Shown: piece by piece, positions 47,170 to 61,269 of the stretch
Position numbering within the stretch: position 1 is the first letter of the stretch
How the letters are laid out: each line of letters opens with the position of its first letter
Assembly (NCBI GenBank): GCA_030704615.1
Contig: CM060732.1
Location: forward strand, 81,530,001-81,594,000
From: Takakia lepidozioides
Lineage: Eukaryota > Plantae > Bryophyta
Length of the DNA: 64,000 bases
Direction of reading: 5' to 3'
Translations under genes and position numbers: made by a program
Notes under the pieces: model-generated
What the model saw: the letters and a program-made list of their open reading frames with translations, nothing else
What the model was told of the DNA's origin: nothing
Database searches by the model: none

Positions 47170-48612
47170 TTGATGAGATCTGCACCTTGATAAGGGCAGG
47201 ATGTATCCGCATGGGCAGGCCGAGGAGGCTTTCAGAATGTACGAGCAAATGCAGCAAGAAGGCGCGAGGCCTGGGAAGGTCACATACACTACCGCTCTCA
47301 ATGCTTGTGCCACCCTAGGAGCCCTGGAAAAGGGTAAGAGGGTCCATACCGAAATCATTAAACTGAAATTGCGTCAGACAGTTTTTCAAGTACCAGCCTT
47401 GTTCACATGTATTGCAAATGCAGGAGTGTAAAGGACGCACAGCAAGTCTTTGACAAAAATGCTTATTGAGATACGGTCTCATGGAGTGCTATGATCGCAG
47501 TATGTTCTCAGTGCAGCCATAATGAAGGGCTCTCAAAATCTATGAGCAAATGAGATTGGAAGGGATAAGGTCCCACAGGGTTACGTTATTTGTGTTTTCA
47601 ATGCCTGTGCCAATCTAGGGGCCCTAGGAAGGGGCAAGCAGGTTCATGTTGACATTATGACAGCTGGAATCCTATATGCCAAATGCGGGTCCATAAAGGA
47701 TGCCTGGCAAGTGTTTGACGAGTGTTCAACGAGATGTGGTTTCATGGAAGGTGATGATCACAGGATATGCTCAGCATGGGTGTGGTAGGGAGATCCTCCA
47801 ACTATTTGAATTAATGCAAGAGGAAGGCTTGAAGCCGGATGGCATCACCTTGATTTTGGTTCTCTCTGCATGCAGCCATGTGGGCCTACTGGATAAAGGC
47901 TGCCGCCACTTAGAGTCTGAGTCAAGATTATGGCCTCATAACTATAGTGAAGCATTTTGGCTGCAATGGTGGATCTTCTTGGCCGTGCAGGTTAATTCCA
48001 CAAAGCAGAGGACTTTGTTACCAACATGCTCATCAAACCAGATGCTGGAGTGTGGACGGCCTTGCTTTGGTGCTTGCAGAATCATGCTGATGTGGAGGTA
48101 GCACAACATGTGGCCAAATTCGTACTCAAGGGGGATCCGCAGCACCCTGCAGCTTATGTGCTATTGTTGAACATAAATGCTGCAGCAAGCAAAGGTGAGA
48201 AAAATGATGGAGGACAGAGGTGTTAGAAAGGAGGCAGGGTGCAGCCGTATTGAGTTCATTAGCTGGGTGCATGCATTTTTTGTAGTAGACAGAATACACC
48301 CACAAACAGAGGAAATCCATGCTGAGCTAAAGACTGGGCAGTGAAGGAGGCCATGTATGTTCCTCACACACGCTTTATACTGCATGATGTGGAGGAACAA
48401 AAGGAACTCTCTCTTTGCTACCACAGTGAGAAGCTGGCCGTTGCTTATGGGCTCATCAGCACACCTATTGATGTCATAGAAAACCTTTGGGTGTGTGGTG
48501 ACTGCCACACCGCAATGAAATTCATCTCGAAGATTGTTGTGTGAGTGGTTGTTGTATGGGATGCCAACCGGTTCCACCACTTACAAGACGGAGTTTGTTG
48601 TACTATTGGTGA
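47170..48612 (+). pseudogene. Degenerate PLS PPR-DYW pseudogene
   Basis: [62 protein letters not shown], ending TATTGGTGA. Many frameshifts. Confidence 0.88.
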
Positions 48613-49980
48613 AAAAGTAACATGTACTAGCAAAAGTGCATCATCTAACATAGGGCAGAAAGCTCACAATTTGTTACCTTGTGAAGCAGAATGATATTTG
48701 AAAGAAACAGCTTTGTGTCACCAACTGCAGCTCACCATCCTTTCTGACAGGTGGGATACCTCCCCATTTCTCTGTCTGTGAAGGTTCTCAAGGAGGTGCA
48801 GACAATTTCAAGGAGGTTCTATCTGCAGAGACTTTGCGAGTGCCTTGCAAAGCAAATCTAATCAATAAAGAGATGTAGAGAGTATAGAAGAGATGATTTA
48901 AAGTTGATTGCAGTTGCAGGGGCCCTTCGAACATTTTGTTTGGAACTACAAGCACAGATTGGAAGTATCTTGTGGATTCCTTGCAGCTTCCTCCATGTCT
49001 GATCAGGACAGGGGGGAAGATACCAGTGCTCCCCACCTCTCTCTAAGCTCTTGTCTAAACCCAAGGGAACTGTTGCACATGAAACCCCAACCCCAACCTA
49101 ATAGACATAACAGAGTGACACATACAGTGAAAGAATCGTTTTTCAAAAGCAAAGTGTGAAAGTAAATGTATTTCCTATAACCCATATGACAATCTGAGTG
49201 AAAAAACTGTTGTAGGGGGCCAGTGTCCTCAAGGTCATGACCCAACTGTGACACAGCAGCAGGTAATACTTCCCACCTCAACAATCTTTTGCAGCTTGGC
49301 CACGAAAGGACAGTCCTATCGCTATGGACAGGCACATTCTACTCTTTCATATCAAATTTGAAAAATACACAAGCTTCACAGCCGCCCCCATGTTTAATCA
49401 TACTCTGCATCCTGTCCAGACACACCGGCTGAATGGAAAGCCCATTCTCCCACAAAGCAGCCTCAGCATCATTGAATAGCAACTTGTTGCCCACCATCAT
49501 CATACGGTAATGATATGGAAAAGTCAAACTGCAAATTGCCGTTACGAAATGTAAGTAGAGAAGGTCGTGGTTTTTGGAGAGAGTTAAAGTTGATGTTACC
49601 GATTTGCCGCTCCACGCACGCACATCTAGTAGCCTATACCCACCTGCATTCTCGTTCTGCGAATTCCCTTCTCGTAGAACGCAAGGAAGGGATGATATAA
49701 AACACGAGGCTGCAAGCACAAGGGTAAGTAAGAGTATACCTACAGGATATAAGTTGGGAGCAAAAGTCGGATTGTGTAGTGGAAGTTCAAAAGACAGAGA
49801 ACGTGGATGTGACGTGACTCCAAGTTACCGCTCTATCTGTCTGACTCAGAGGACCCCGCTCGATTCCACGGTTTCCCGGTGATGGCTGATCCCCTGGGTG
49901 GGAGCAAGCGGCGTGGATGAAGGGTGGCCACCTTGGGCCGGTGTGTCTGGAGTGTCCATTGCAGTGGTGTGCTGAGGACC

Positions 49981-52900
49981 ATGCAGGTGGGGATAGTACG
50001 CATCGTGTTGCTTCCCCTGTTACTGGCCTGTGCATCTGCGGATTCTTGCCTCTCTCGGCAACAAAGAGATAGTAGGTGCATTCGATCCTCTTGGGGTCTC
50101 TGGGGCGTCGGTTTTACTTCTTGTGTAGCGGGTGATGGTTTGACAGGCCGCCCAGATGTTTTTGACTGAGTTTTGTGCAGACAAGCAGCTTGGGAGGGAG
50201 AAGCTGTGCGTTGCCGCACAGCTCTGCTGCTCCCCTCTCTTCCATTCGACCAGAGCAAGCATTGTATCATGTTACAATCACATAATAATGATCAAAATTT
50301 GAGGTGGAGGAGCTAAAGTTCTTCTGAAGCTGACGTCTTTCCACTCTCTCACTCACATGCACACACAGTGACACTTACCATGTGAGATGCGGTCCAATTT
50401 CATGGATTTAACCCCCAATCTAAACCACTTAGCACCAACCTGAAACTCGATACCTATTCCATAATGTTTGCAGTGTATTTCTTTTCGTTTTAAAGATGTC
50501 AATCCGATTGCTCCCAAACAGCAAGAGTGGTGCACCCTGATTGACCCGAGGAGTCCGAAACTCTGCGAGTGCCAACTGGCAGACCCTGGACTCTGCCAAC
50601 TAAAGATATATGTCAATTGTAGAGGTACTGGGTAATCACTTCTTTCTGAACACAAGGGCTTTGAACATGTACAGTTAGGGGCCAGAAGGCTTTGGCCTCT
50701 TGCCATGATATTTTCAGCTGATTCTCCTACTGACAATTGATTTGATATGGAGTTATATTTTATGTTGGGGATAATTATCCGCACTAGCCAACACTCAAAG
50801 GGAAGGATTACATCCCTCCTGCGTGCTAGTGTCTTTGGTTTGGTTATTTGGACTGGAAAATGGAACATGCTTCATGTGGCTATGGAGGAATTGGCGGGAG
50901 GTTAGTTTCTGTTGGACATTAGTTAACCTCTATGTATTAGGGTAACCAGATCTCATGTTTTCTCACTGATCAGTATTCTGTTATATTGTTTGCTCTCTTG
51001 TAGTCTATAGGGTTATAGATATGTCCTGGCTATAAATCAAGTAAGGGCTGAATGGATATATGAAGGGACTCCAATGACTTTTTGTTCAACATCTAAACCC
51101 CTCAACAGTTGTATCTGGTCCACTGAGACAGTGAGTGGACATCCTCAAAGTGTTCTCTTCAGTTGAGAATTATGTACACTATCCAGATAGATGTACAAAC
51201 TTGGTTACCCTTGAAATGAGTACGGAGTACACTCTGCAATTGACAGTGGATATACTGCAACAGTTTAATAAGAAAACCCCAGCATAATTCAATACAGCCA
51301 AAGTTGTGGATTGGTGGAAAGAGGGTATAATGGATGCTCGTAGTTTCCATACATATACAGTGACTAATATATTCTCCTCATAGAACAACTTCATAGTCAT
51401 TGAGGATTTGTCGAGATCAAGGTCAAGGTTTCTGCCTTCCATTGGTCTCGGTTGATAGTCTTTACTGATCTGATGCAACTAGACACTAAAGCACCTTACA
51501 TTGTGTAATGTTTGATGATGCTGTTAGCTGAGGCGTTGTTGGCATTCAAGAAAGCAGTTGGTGACCCGAAGGTACTGAAGAGCTGGGCAGGAGATCCTTG
51601 CTATTCTCATTGGAGAGGCGTCCAATGCACAGGCAGTGTCCAAAACATTGATGTCACTTCTTTGTAAGTGTCTTTCAGTTGGGGCATTTGCCAGTGGGAT
51701 ATCCATTTGATGAAGGAGGTACGAATTGAAAAGAGGGGAGGGATGATAGAGAAGATAGCTCTCTTTAATGTTTTCCTTAGATTCTCTGAAGATTCAGGGT
51801 ATGCAAGCTTGTGTGTCAACAGGAAGCTCTCAAATTTGGCATTGAGGGGGTCGATATCTTCACAACTTGGAAGTTTGGCAGGCCTGATTACCTTGTAAGT
51901 ATCTAGTTTCTCTGTCAAGACAAACAAAGTTTGTCGCTGCCATATTGTAATAAGCATATGAACAGTTTTTCAGAATTCAGTCGAAATTGTCATTTTATCT
52001 CTTAATGTTGTAGTCAAATAAAGTGGATTTGTGGTTTTTTTGACAATTGATGGTCCCGGAAAATGCAGGTGGCTTGACGACAACAGACTGACAGGCCCAA
52101 TACCCACCACTGTTGGAGCACTAAAAAATTTGACTTCGTTGTAAGCTCTCATTTAGATTACACAGCCTTTCCTGCCAGCAGTGTGCATATTGCAGTTACT
52201 TCAGTGACCTCCTTTCTGTTGCCTTTTGCCTTTCACCTAAACTGGAAGAACCACCTCCATCCACTGAGATTTTGGGATGTGTCCGTGGGTGGGTTTGGTA
52301 CAAGTAGACGACTGTCAAATAATCGGTTAAATGGGAGCATCCCTTCCAGCCTTTCAACACTTCGCAAGTTAAAAGAGTTGTCAGTATCTCAACCTTCTCC
52401 TGTAGGGTTTCGTATGTTGACTGTCAATTGTTTCTATCCATCCTTTCTACTGTCCGTTTAAGATGGCAGTAAGCATAGCCACTGTCCCTCTGCAGCATGT
52501 GTCCTAGATATCCATTGTCTTTGATAGTTGTAGGGGCAACTGATTTGTTGGTCTGCAGCAACAGCAGTGATTCTTAGTGCCTGTAAGCTCTTAATTCACC
52601 AAGACTTGGTGGGTTAGTAGTTTGAATATTGTTTGATGGCTTGGATTGATGCGCAGGTACTTGGAAAACAATCAACTGAGTGGGACTGTACCCTTCACTG
52701 ATACGACCTCCCTTGACATAATGTACGAAGTCCAAAAAACTCATCATAGACAGGAAAACATTGTTGAAATTCAGCAGTATACAAACATTCTTGAATACAG
52801 CTACTGTGAATGCAAATAACTCACACAACCCACAGAATAAAATATCAGCAATGTTTTACTTTTCATTCAACATCTGAATACTTACTTTTCCAAGCTCTTC

Positions 52901-55900
52901 TTATTGGTTTTAAGACCCGCAAACTGAAGTTCATATTTTCAACTTTGCAGTGTGAAGGGGAACTCTCAGCTTTGTTCTGCAACATCGGACTTGAATCTCT
53001 CCAGGTGTGCATCTGTGCTCACCCCAGTAGTGATCAGTACTGCGGCTGCTGTTGGCAAGTCAGGAACTGGAAAGAATGGTTCACGTGCAGGGGCCATAGC
53101 TGGGGGGGTGGCTGGAGCTGTTGTACTGGTTGGGGTTACCATAGCCTTGGTGTCTTTGTGTTTGCTACGTGCAAAGAGACTTCCCACAGACGGATCAGAC
53201 ACTGGTTCATCTGAACCATCAGCTGTTGGTAATTACAATTCTCTGTTGCTTGTTACGAAGTTTCTTTTTCTTTGACTCAGAGAGAAGTTATATTTGTTAT
53301 CCCTGTCAAGAAATTCTGCATCGGTCTCTCTCTCTCTCTTTGGTAGGAATACTGGAAGACATGCAGAGAGGAAAGAGGAATTGCAATTGCCCGTTGTGTG
53401 GGCAACCTGAAGACAATATTCTTTTCTGATTCATTGTCCCGGCTACTCTCACGAGAGACGCGCCCGCTCCAAATCCATCAGGGGAATTGTGCCTGAACCT
53501 CTCTGTTTACCAACTTTGAAAGTCTTGAGGCTGGAAAGTTGATTCATCTGCAAGTGGCTTCAGTGGCAGTTGTAGCCACCTTCTGTGTTTTTCATACATG
53601 TTCTGCCGTCCCCCAAATAATTGGGTGCTGTTTTACAAGACCGAGGCAACCAGGCATTTAGTGACTACGCGACTCAGAGTCTCAGAGGACATTTGGTCTG
53701 GAATGGATGGAACAGAAAGTGGGAAGCGTAACCGTTAGGTCCATCACGTCTTATGAGTACATTCTGTGTGTGTTGTGGGGGGGGGGGGGGGGTTAAACTC
53801 ATGGGGGGGAGTCTACCTTTGAACAATAAAAGATGCAGAGTGGAAAGTTTGATTGTTATTGCCTAATGTGCGGGCTGCCTGAAGACACTGTCCATTTCCT
53901 GAGACATTGTCCAGGGTATTCTCACCAGAGGGTGACCCTCTTTAGGTCCATCAGGAACGTTGTTTCCTGCACCGCTGTTCACCAACTCTGAAAATCTTGA
54001 GGCTGAGCATAAAGCCCTGGCCTGTTGGGGTCTAATTGCTGTGCAGCTCACACACAGCAGATTGATGCTTGTGTGAAGGGCTTTGAGGATATCTGGAAAG
54101 CCCAAACTAATTGTTTATATCAAGGTAAGTCCCACTACCAGAGTGAGCCGCTAACAAAGGTAGTGTCTGTTCCCTCTTGTTCTGCCCAAACTGAGCACTA
54201 GGTCTATGGCCACAAGACTACAGCAAACACCGTCTTATGAGTACTGTGTGTGGTGTGTATGTGTTTCTGAAGGCTACAGAAAACAACATCTTATGAGTAC
54301 TTATTTTCTCTGTGTTTCTCTTCTGGCACAGAGAGAGGCCAAACTAAATCAAATGAGTACATTGTTGTGTCTCTCTCTTTCACATCCTCCCTTCTCTTCC
54401 ATCAGGTGGTCAAATCGTTTTCTCTTGATCAAGCCTAGGTTTTGCTTACAAAGGTATGGGGAACAGTGGACTGGGTGAAGGGGCCAGAAGCACCATTGGT
54501 TGGAGGTAGGCTGGCCGCAGTTGCAGAATCTCAACGAGCCCGTCAATTTAGTGTGGATGAACTGGAACAGGCAACCAAGAAATTCAGCTCCAATAATTTG
54601 ATAGGGGAGGGTGGATTTGGGCTAGTCTACAAAGGACTTCTTGAAGATGGAACCATTGTGGCCATCAAGAAGCGCACTGGTGGCCCAAACCCAGAGTTTG
54701 CCGATGAGGTTTGTAGTCAGCTGTCCAATTGTAATTTTGCTAGGCTTTCTTTGAAACTAGTATGGTCTGCCAAACAGACCTCGTCTCTATCAGACAGAGC
54801 AGGGATTGTTAGTGATGGTTTTGATTTCCGCTATTGGCAGGCGGGGAGGCTTTCACGAGTGCGGCATAGACATGTGGTGAACTTTTTGGGATTTTGCCAA
54901 GAATCTGAACAACAGATGCTAGTGTTTGATTTTCTCCCCAACGGCAGCACCTGCAACCACCTCTATGGTACTCTCTCTTATTGTTTCCTCAAAATCTAAA
55001 ATACGGAAAGTCTTCAATCGCATTTGCTGGAAAACCTCCTCAGTAAACCCGGAAAAAGTTGCAAAGGAACTTAATTAGGCCAAATCTCGACCATTCCTTT
55101 TTCTCCTGTACTAGTGGTGCCTAAGAGTCACCTACTCATTGGCCAAGCCCTTCGGCTTTGGAGGACCAATAATGTTTGGCAGCCTTTGGGTGATTGGAGT
55201 CTTTTGATTGTGGGTGCTGGATGTTGTACCTTTGTCCATGGACCCAGAGGACGAATGTTCTCTTACATTATCCTGGTCTCTTATATAGACACATGGTGCA
55301 TGTGAAGGTTATGGCTACAGCCTCCAAGATTGTGTATTCATTGTGTCAGATCTGGACTGGTCATGCCATGCTCAACAGATGCTAATGGTAATGCTCTGGG
55401 GAAACTTGACTTCAAGCAGAGATTGTCAATTGCCCTTGGGGCAGCTAAAGGTACTGTGCCCTCCTGTGGCTTCGAGGAATGTGTTCAATCATCTACTTGA
55501 TGTGCCTGGCTTACATGCACAGACGTTGGCTAGAGTTCTGTGTCCCTGCTTGTAGAGTTGCACTCAATAACTAGTTAATTGTCATACAGGGAGAGAAATG
55601 AAATGAAATGATACTTTGTAACGTCTGTGGAAAGCTGAAACAGAAGAGAAAGCATGAAACAAGAAAGAGAGAGGGGCCCCCTACAAGCAGCTTAAAAACA
55701 ATGAGATGCCTCATGCAGATTTGCTACTAAGCATTTCTGATCCTCATAATGGAAGACGTCTGTGAGAGCAATAGAATCTCCCACAGATCTCACAGTAGAG
55801 AGGACAGTAAAAGACGTAATGTTCTTCTTTCACTGAGAAAGAAGAAAGAGACTTATACTGTCCACTGAAAGCCTCTTAAGGTTATGGGGACGACACAGAG

Positions 55901-56744
55901 AGAGCATGGAACGAGATGAAGTTTCTTTACCCTAGTGACTTGCTTAGTTTTGGAGGATGGAGGGGGATAGGGGTGGAAAGAGTAGATTGGAGGAGAGGGT
56001 TAGATTTACCTGCTTTATGCTGTTGAATGTTGTATATGATGAGGTGGGAAGTGGCTAATTGGGGATGACATTGCATGTAAGCAGGTCTCGAATGTCTGCA
56101 TGAGGGGGGCCTTGTACACAGAGACTTTAAAACTAGCAATGTACTATTGGATGGAAATCTGATTGCCAAGGTTACAGACTTTGGTTTAGCTCGGTTGCTA
56201 GGAGATGGCTCTGATATGGTCCCCTCTTCCACAGCTAATGGCACTACTGGTTTTCTTGATCCAGAGTATGCCTCCATTTCTTTCTCTCGTATCCTTTATC
56301 TCTCCCTGTTTCTCTTTCCATTTGGTGGTCTTACGAGTACATTTTTCCCATTCAGTGGTCTGTCCTCTCCCGGTTCACCCACCTTGATACGTCTTGTAAG
56401 CTTTTGATTGTAGAATGGTGATGCAGGAAGTGACCGTCGATGCTGTTTTCATGCATGAGGAGATTGTGTGTGCATGTGAATGGGTGGTTTTAACATTGGA
56501 TATTTGAATGGTCCAACAGGTACTATGCTGTACAAACGTTAACAGAGAAGAGTGATGTTTATAGTTTTGGTGTATTCATACTCGAGCTTGTAAGTGGGAG
56601 GGAGGCCATCAGCCTCCATCGACCTCAACCTGAGTGGAATCTTGTGGAATGGGTAATCCTCCACCCTCCAAAGAGTGAGTGTGAGAGAGAATGTACTCAT
56701 GAGATGTTGTTTGCCGTAGTCTTGTGACCAACAGTTTGAGCGGA

Positions 56745-56792
<48 letters not shown>

Positions 56793-57626
56793 GGGGGGGG
56801 GGAGAGAGAGAATGTACTCATACCGTTCCCTGCTAACATTGGCTTGCCATAGCCTTACGACCATTGCCGCGGGAAACTAACCCTCCCAGAGCATTTTGTG
56901 GAGTTCGCACCCACTAGGGTTTGTGTGTGGGGGGAGGGGAGAGAGCTTGTAGTCAATTGTTGTAGCGAGTCCTAATCTTTAAATGTGGAATGGGCTGAGA
57001 TATTGGCTCCAGAACTGTATGGCTAGCCTTCCTAAAGAGTTTTTCTTTACCCTGTGCGGAAGTTGGATTGCTGCTGATCCTGCTTGGAAGGAGGCTATGC
57101 AGGCAGAGAGAGAAGACTCTGGCAGAAGTGTAACTAAGACCCACTTCACCTTTCGGCTTGAGGTTATGCAAATACCATAAGATGTTAAAGAACTAGCAGA
57201 TTCTTAGCCACCTTTACTCCTCCTTCTCGCTAACTAAATCTTCATACACAATTTATCAACACCGATGCTATATATATATACTCAATGGTTGATTTAGTTC
57301 TTCTACCTTGTCGTGCCACTAATTACAGATTTGGAGACAAAATTACATCATTTCGGGGTGGTTTCCTGCAGGGCCGGTCATTGTTGCATGAGGGGAATTT
57401 GGGAGCACTAGTGGATGTGACACTGAAGAGCAACTTCACTGAGGACGCAATGCGGAGAGTGGTGGAAATTGGGTTTAACTGTGTGGAACCCTTGGGAGAG
57501 AAGAGACCCAGTATGAGTGAACTCGTTAGGGAAATCCAGGAGGTTTTAGACAGAGAGAGGGGCCTGGCAGTGGGCCCAAGCAATGGGCCCACCACTGTAA
57601 CTCTAGGGAGTGAGCTTTTCACATAA
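49981..57626 (+). CDS. LRR receptor-like kinase, ~598 aa, 13 exons: 49981-50071, 51528-51663, 51823-51894, 52069-52140, 52308-52379, 52657-52722, 52951-53228, 54467-54708, 54841-54967, 55379-55450, 56085-56265, 56520-56652, 57372-57626
   Basis: The GT-AG exons sum to 1797 nt in one open frame. Signal peptide, LRRNT (W.GDPC..W.GV.C), three 72-nt and one 66-nt LRR exons, GN..LC cap, TM helix, [29 protein letters not shown]. Exon 1 is the least certain. Confidence 0.88.
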
Positions 57627-58373
57627 GTAAATTAGACCCCTGATCATGTTTTTTCCATACAGATGTCATCTATAGGGAGAAAGATTGGGTGGTCTGAATT
57701 GTCTGAATGTCCTCGCCTTACAATAGGCATTGATTTACCTGGGACATTCCAATTATTCAGATCCCATGTGCATGACTCGATCATCTGCGTGATGGTGTGA
57801 TCACATTTCAATGAACATTAACCATGCCGTCTCTGCTCCCCTAGTTCAAATTAGGTGTTCCTAAGACGGATGGAGTCAGTATGGATTGTCCGGCTCCAAG
57901 AATACACTCCGCCGGCCTATCTGTGTTGGAGTGCAATCTTGGAACCCATACTGAGCAACTTATTGGTGCTTAGTGTTACTGGTCTGGATTATTCTCCTCT
58001 TATTCTATGCTGCAAAGTTGGAGATAGTTTGAAACTTGTTCAAACTTGATAACTCTTCTACCAACATCCCTGTCTGATCGTAAAGAGACTAACACACCCT
58101 ATGCGTGGAGCTCCTTCAATGACCCCAGACATAACCAGTGGGTTTAAAGGAAGAGACCATAGGATTTTTAGGATGCCAGCTAGTGCCAAGTTTTTCTTAC
58201 AGAAGGCCACGTCGACAAGTTCTGGCTAAACCTTAATATATTCTAGCCAAATTTTCACTTTTTTGTAGCCAAATAAATATATTGTTAATAGTTAAATTAT
58301 TGAAGGGGACAAAAGAGTTAAATCCCAAAGGGTGCCATACGCCCTCAAGAGTCAACCATGACCAAGAAGAAAA

Positions 58374-58716
58374 ATGAAGCTTGGGAACAATTGCATGGCA
58401 GCTCTTGTAGGTCAGGGCTACTCAGAAATTAGATGGCTAGCAGAAAATATGGGTGCAAAATCTACAACCCTGGCAGGCCTTTCTCAATCTTTCTCGATCT
58501 GGGGACATTATGCTTACTTTTTTTGTGAGACTGTCAAGGAATGGATCTGCGGGGGTCAAATAGGGGTCAGGTAAAAAACTTGAAGACATTTTGTCCTCCA
58601 TGAGTAGAGTAGGGGAGGGTGTTGCCACAGCAGGTGTGGTCATCGCATTGGCTCCGAAGTATAGAGTTCAAATGCCAATGCTTACGGCTGTAGCTCACAT
58701 TCTTGACAATGAACTG
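58374..58716 (+). pseudogene. NAD-dependent glycerol-3-phosphate dehydrogenase (GLY1/SFD1-like) C-terminal fragment
   Basis: LGNNCMAALVGQG.SEIRWLA..MGAK.TTLAGLS, GDIMLT, LEDILSSM..V.EGVATAG.VIALA.KY.V.MP.LTAVA.ILDNEL. Frameshifted, with no introns. Confidence 0.85.
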
Positions 58717-59039
58717 CAATTATAAGATTTTCACGCACAGGAGACAGAACAACTTTTTAAATGGTTTCTTGAGATAAATTTTTTTCTTCAATCTGGCAGG
58801 TATGCAAGAATGTATTCATAAGACGTGGTTTGCCGTAGTTTTGACCCCCCGCCAAGACATCCTTGCGACATTCCTTGTCGCAGCTTTGGTATTCACAATA
58901 ACTTCATTTTTGTATAGGGATTCGAACCCTTATAGCTATCCATTATAACATACAAAATTATGGCCGAAAGGCCTTTAAGATTAACCATAAAGGTTAAATA
59001 AATTGGAGTTTTGGAAATGTAATATGATAAACAATTTGA

Positions 59040-59880
59040 TTGAATGGATTTTGAATTTATTGAAATGATGAAATCTGAGGTTGAAAACATGATATAATAT
59101 AATATAATACTTTATATATTATATTATATTATAAGTATTTATATATATTTATATATATATCCATTTTAAATTATTGTTTGTTAAATGAATTCGTTAATAT
59201 AAATAGTATATTTGAAATATTTGAAGTTTTTGAGATGGAATAGGATAGATAACTTGATTGATTAGATTTAAATTGGATTGATGAATTTGGCATTGAAAGC
59301 ATGATATAAATTGATAATATATTTAATCTTATAATATATAATATTCATCACTATGTTTAAATAAATAAATAAATTATAATTTTAGTTCTCTTAAATAAAT
59401 ATTTTAGTATGTTCATTTACAGAAATGATATAAATATTTAAGATTTTAAATTTGAAATATGAAAATGTAATGATAAGATATAAAGTGATATGAATAAATA
59501 ATTATGTAGTAAGTAAAAATAACACATGATTGTAACTAATAATGATTGATTTATGATAATTGACTGGTTGATGGATAGAATGATAGTTGATTTATGTAGT
59601 GATGTCTTTAGGTTATAGTTAGATTTTTAAATACATCTATTTATTATTAAATTTATTTACTTAATATAATATAAATATTCGTTTTTATATACTTATTTAT
59701 ACTATGTTTTAATATATATAATTCTGATTATAGTTAAATATTTATAATCTCTAAGTTGTATATACTATATTGATATCATGCTTGAATATCATATATACTA
59801 TAGATTATGATGTAACATTCAAGTGGCATAATCACAGTGTAATGAATTTTGATGATTTTTGTGTTTTTGGTACTTATTTG
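59040..59880. other. Extremely AT-rich low-complexity tract
   Basis: Long runs of TA/TTA/AAT with few G or C and no ORFs. Confidence 0.7.
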
Positions 59881-59899
59881 ATAGTGTGTCTAATATGTT

Positions 59900-60960
59900 A
59901 GAAGAAGAGAAAATAAAACAAAACAAAAGAGAAAGAACGAAGAGAAAGAAAGGAGGGAAAGTTCTATTCCGTTGAGCAACTCACACAGAAATACAAAGAA
60001 CGGAGATAAAAAAGAAACATAAACAAAGACAGAAAGTGAAAGAAAAAAACAAATGAAAGCTATTCAGAAGAATTAGGAGACAGTTCTATTTTGCCACATA
60101 ACCGAAAGAACAAAGCAATATAAACAAACAACAGAAGCAAAGAAGAAAGACAAAACGAAGAGGAAAGAAACAAAACGAAAAAAAAAGAACAATGAGAAAG
60201 AAAAAATGGAAAGTGTACAACTCACACTGAAATACAAAGAATAGAGATCGGAAAGAAACATAAACAAAGAACAGAAAGCGAAGGAGAAAAACAAATGAAA
60301 ACTACTCAGAATTATAACTAGGAGACAGTTCATTTTGCCACAGAACCGAACCGAAGAAACAAAGCAACATAAACAAACAACAAAAGCAAAGAAGAAACAC
60401 AAACAAAGAGTAAAGAAAACAAAACGAAAGAGAGAGAACGAATAGAAAGTTCTATTCCGCTGAACAACTCACACAGAAATACAAAGAACGGAGATCAGAA
60501 ACATAAACAAAGAACATAAAATGAAAGAAAAAAACAAATGAAGGCTACGGAGAAGAACTAAGAGACAGTTCTAAAGAACAAAGAAACATAAACAAACAAC
60601 AAAAGCAAAGAAGAAACACAAACGAAGGCAAAGGAGCAGAACAGTTCTATTCTATACAAAAAGCTTGCTTGCAGAAGAAAGTGAAGGAAATGATTCTCAT
60701 TCTGCATACTTATAGAGGTTTAAAGAAACATAAACAGAGAACCAAAACTGAAAAACGAAGACAAGAAACTACTGAGAAGAACTAAAAAACATTGCCAAAA
60801 GAACAGAGAAACATAAACAAGCAACAGAAACAAAGAAGAAACAGGAAAACAAAGGTAAAAGAGCAAAACTGAAAGACAGTTCTATTGTCTACAAACAACC
60901 TGTGGCAGAAAGAGAAGAAAATGATCCTCGTTTTCTTTACTTATAGGGAAAAAAAAGAGG
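59900..60960. repeat. A-rich degenerate tandem repeat, ~244-bp period
   Basis: AACTCACACAGAAATACAAAGAA-like marker at ~59978, ~60220 and ~60466; repeated AAACATAAACAA and CAGTTCTATT. Confidence 0.8.
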
Positions 60961-61269
60961 TATAGTCTAAAATGAATGAATGAAAAATAAAATAATTGGA
61001 TGAAAACAAAATGAAAAGTTGCTATTTATTAACCTTATCCCACACACTTTTTGAATAGGTACTAACCCATGAAAGTTTATTTAAAAATAGATGTCGGTGC
61101 ATTACAAATAGCTGTATGAACGTTTATCGAGGACAAAATCTTGTTTTAATTGTCATAAATGGTGTCACCTACAAATTTTGTCAGTACATGCCAACAAATA
61201 GTACAGGTGATTCTTAAATGTAATAATCAAAGTTGATACATTTATTATAGTATTTTTTTTTAAAAATTC

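Noticed and set aside
60073-60402. Phe-rich membrane protein ORF
   Set aside because: Antisense reading of the A-rich repeat.
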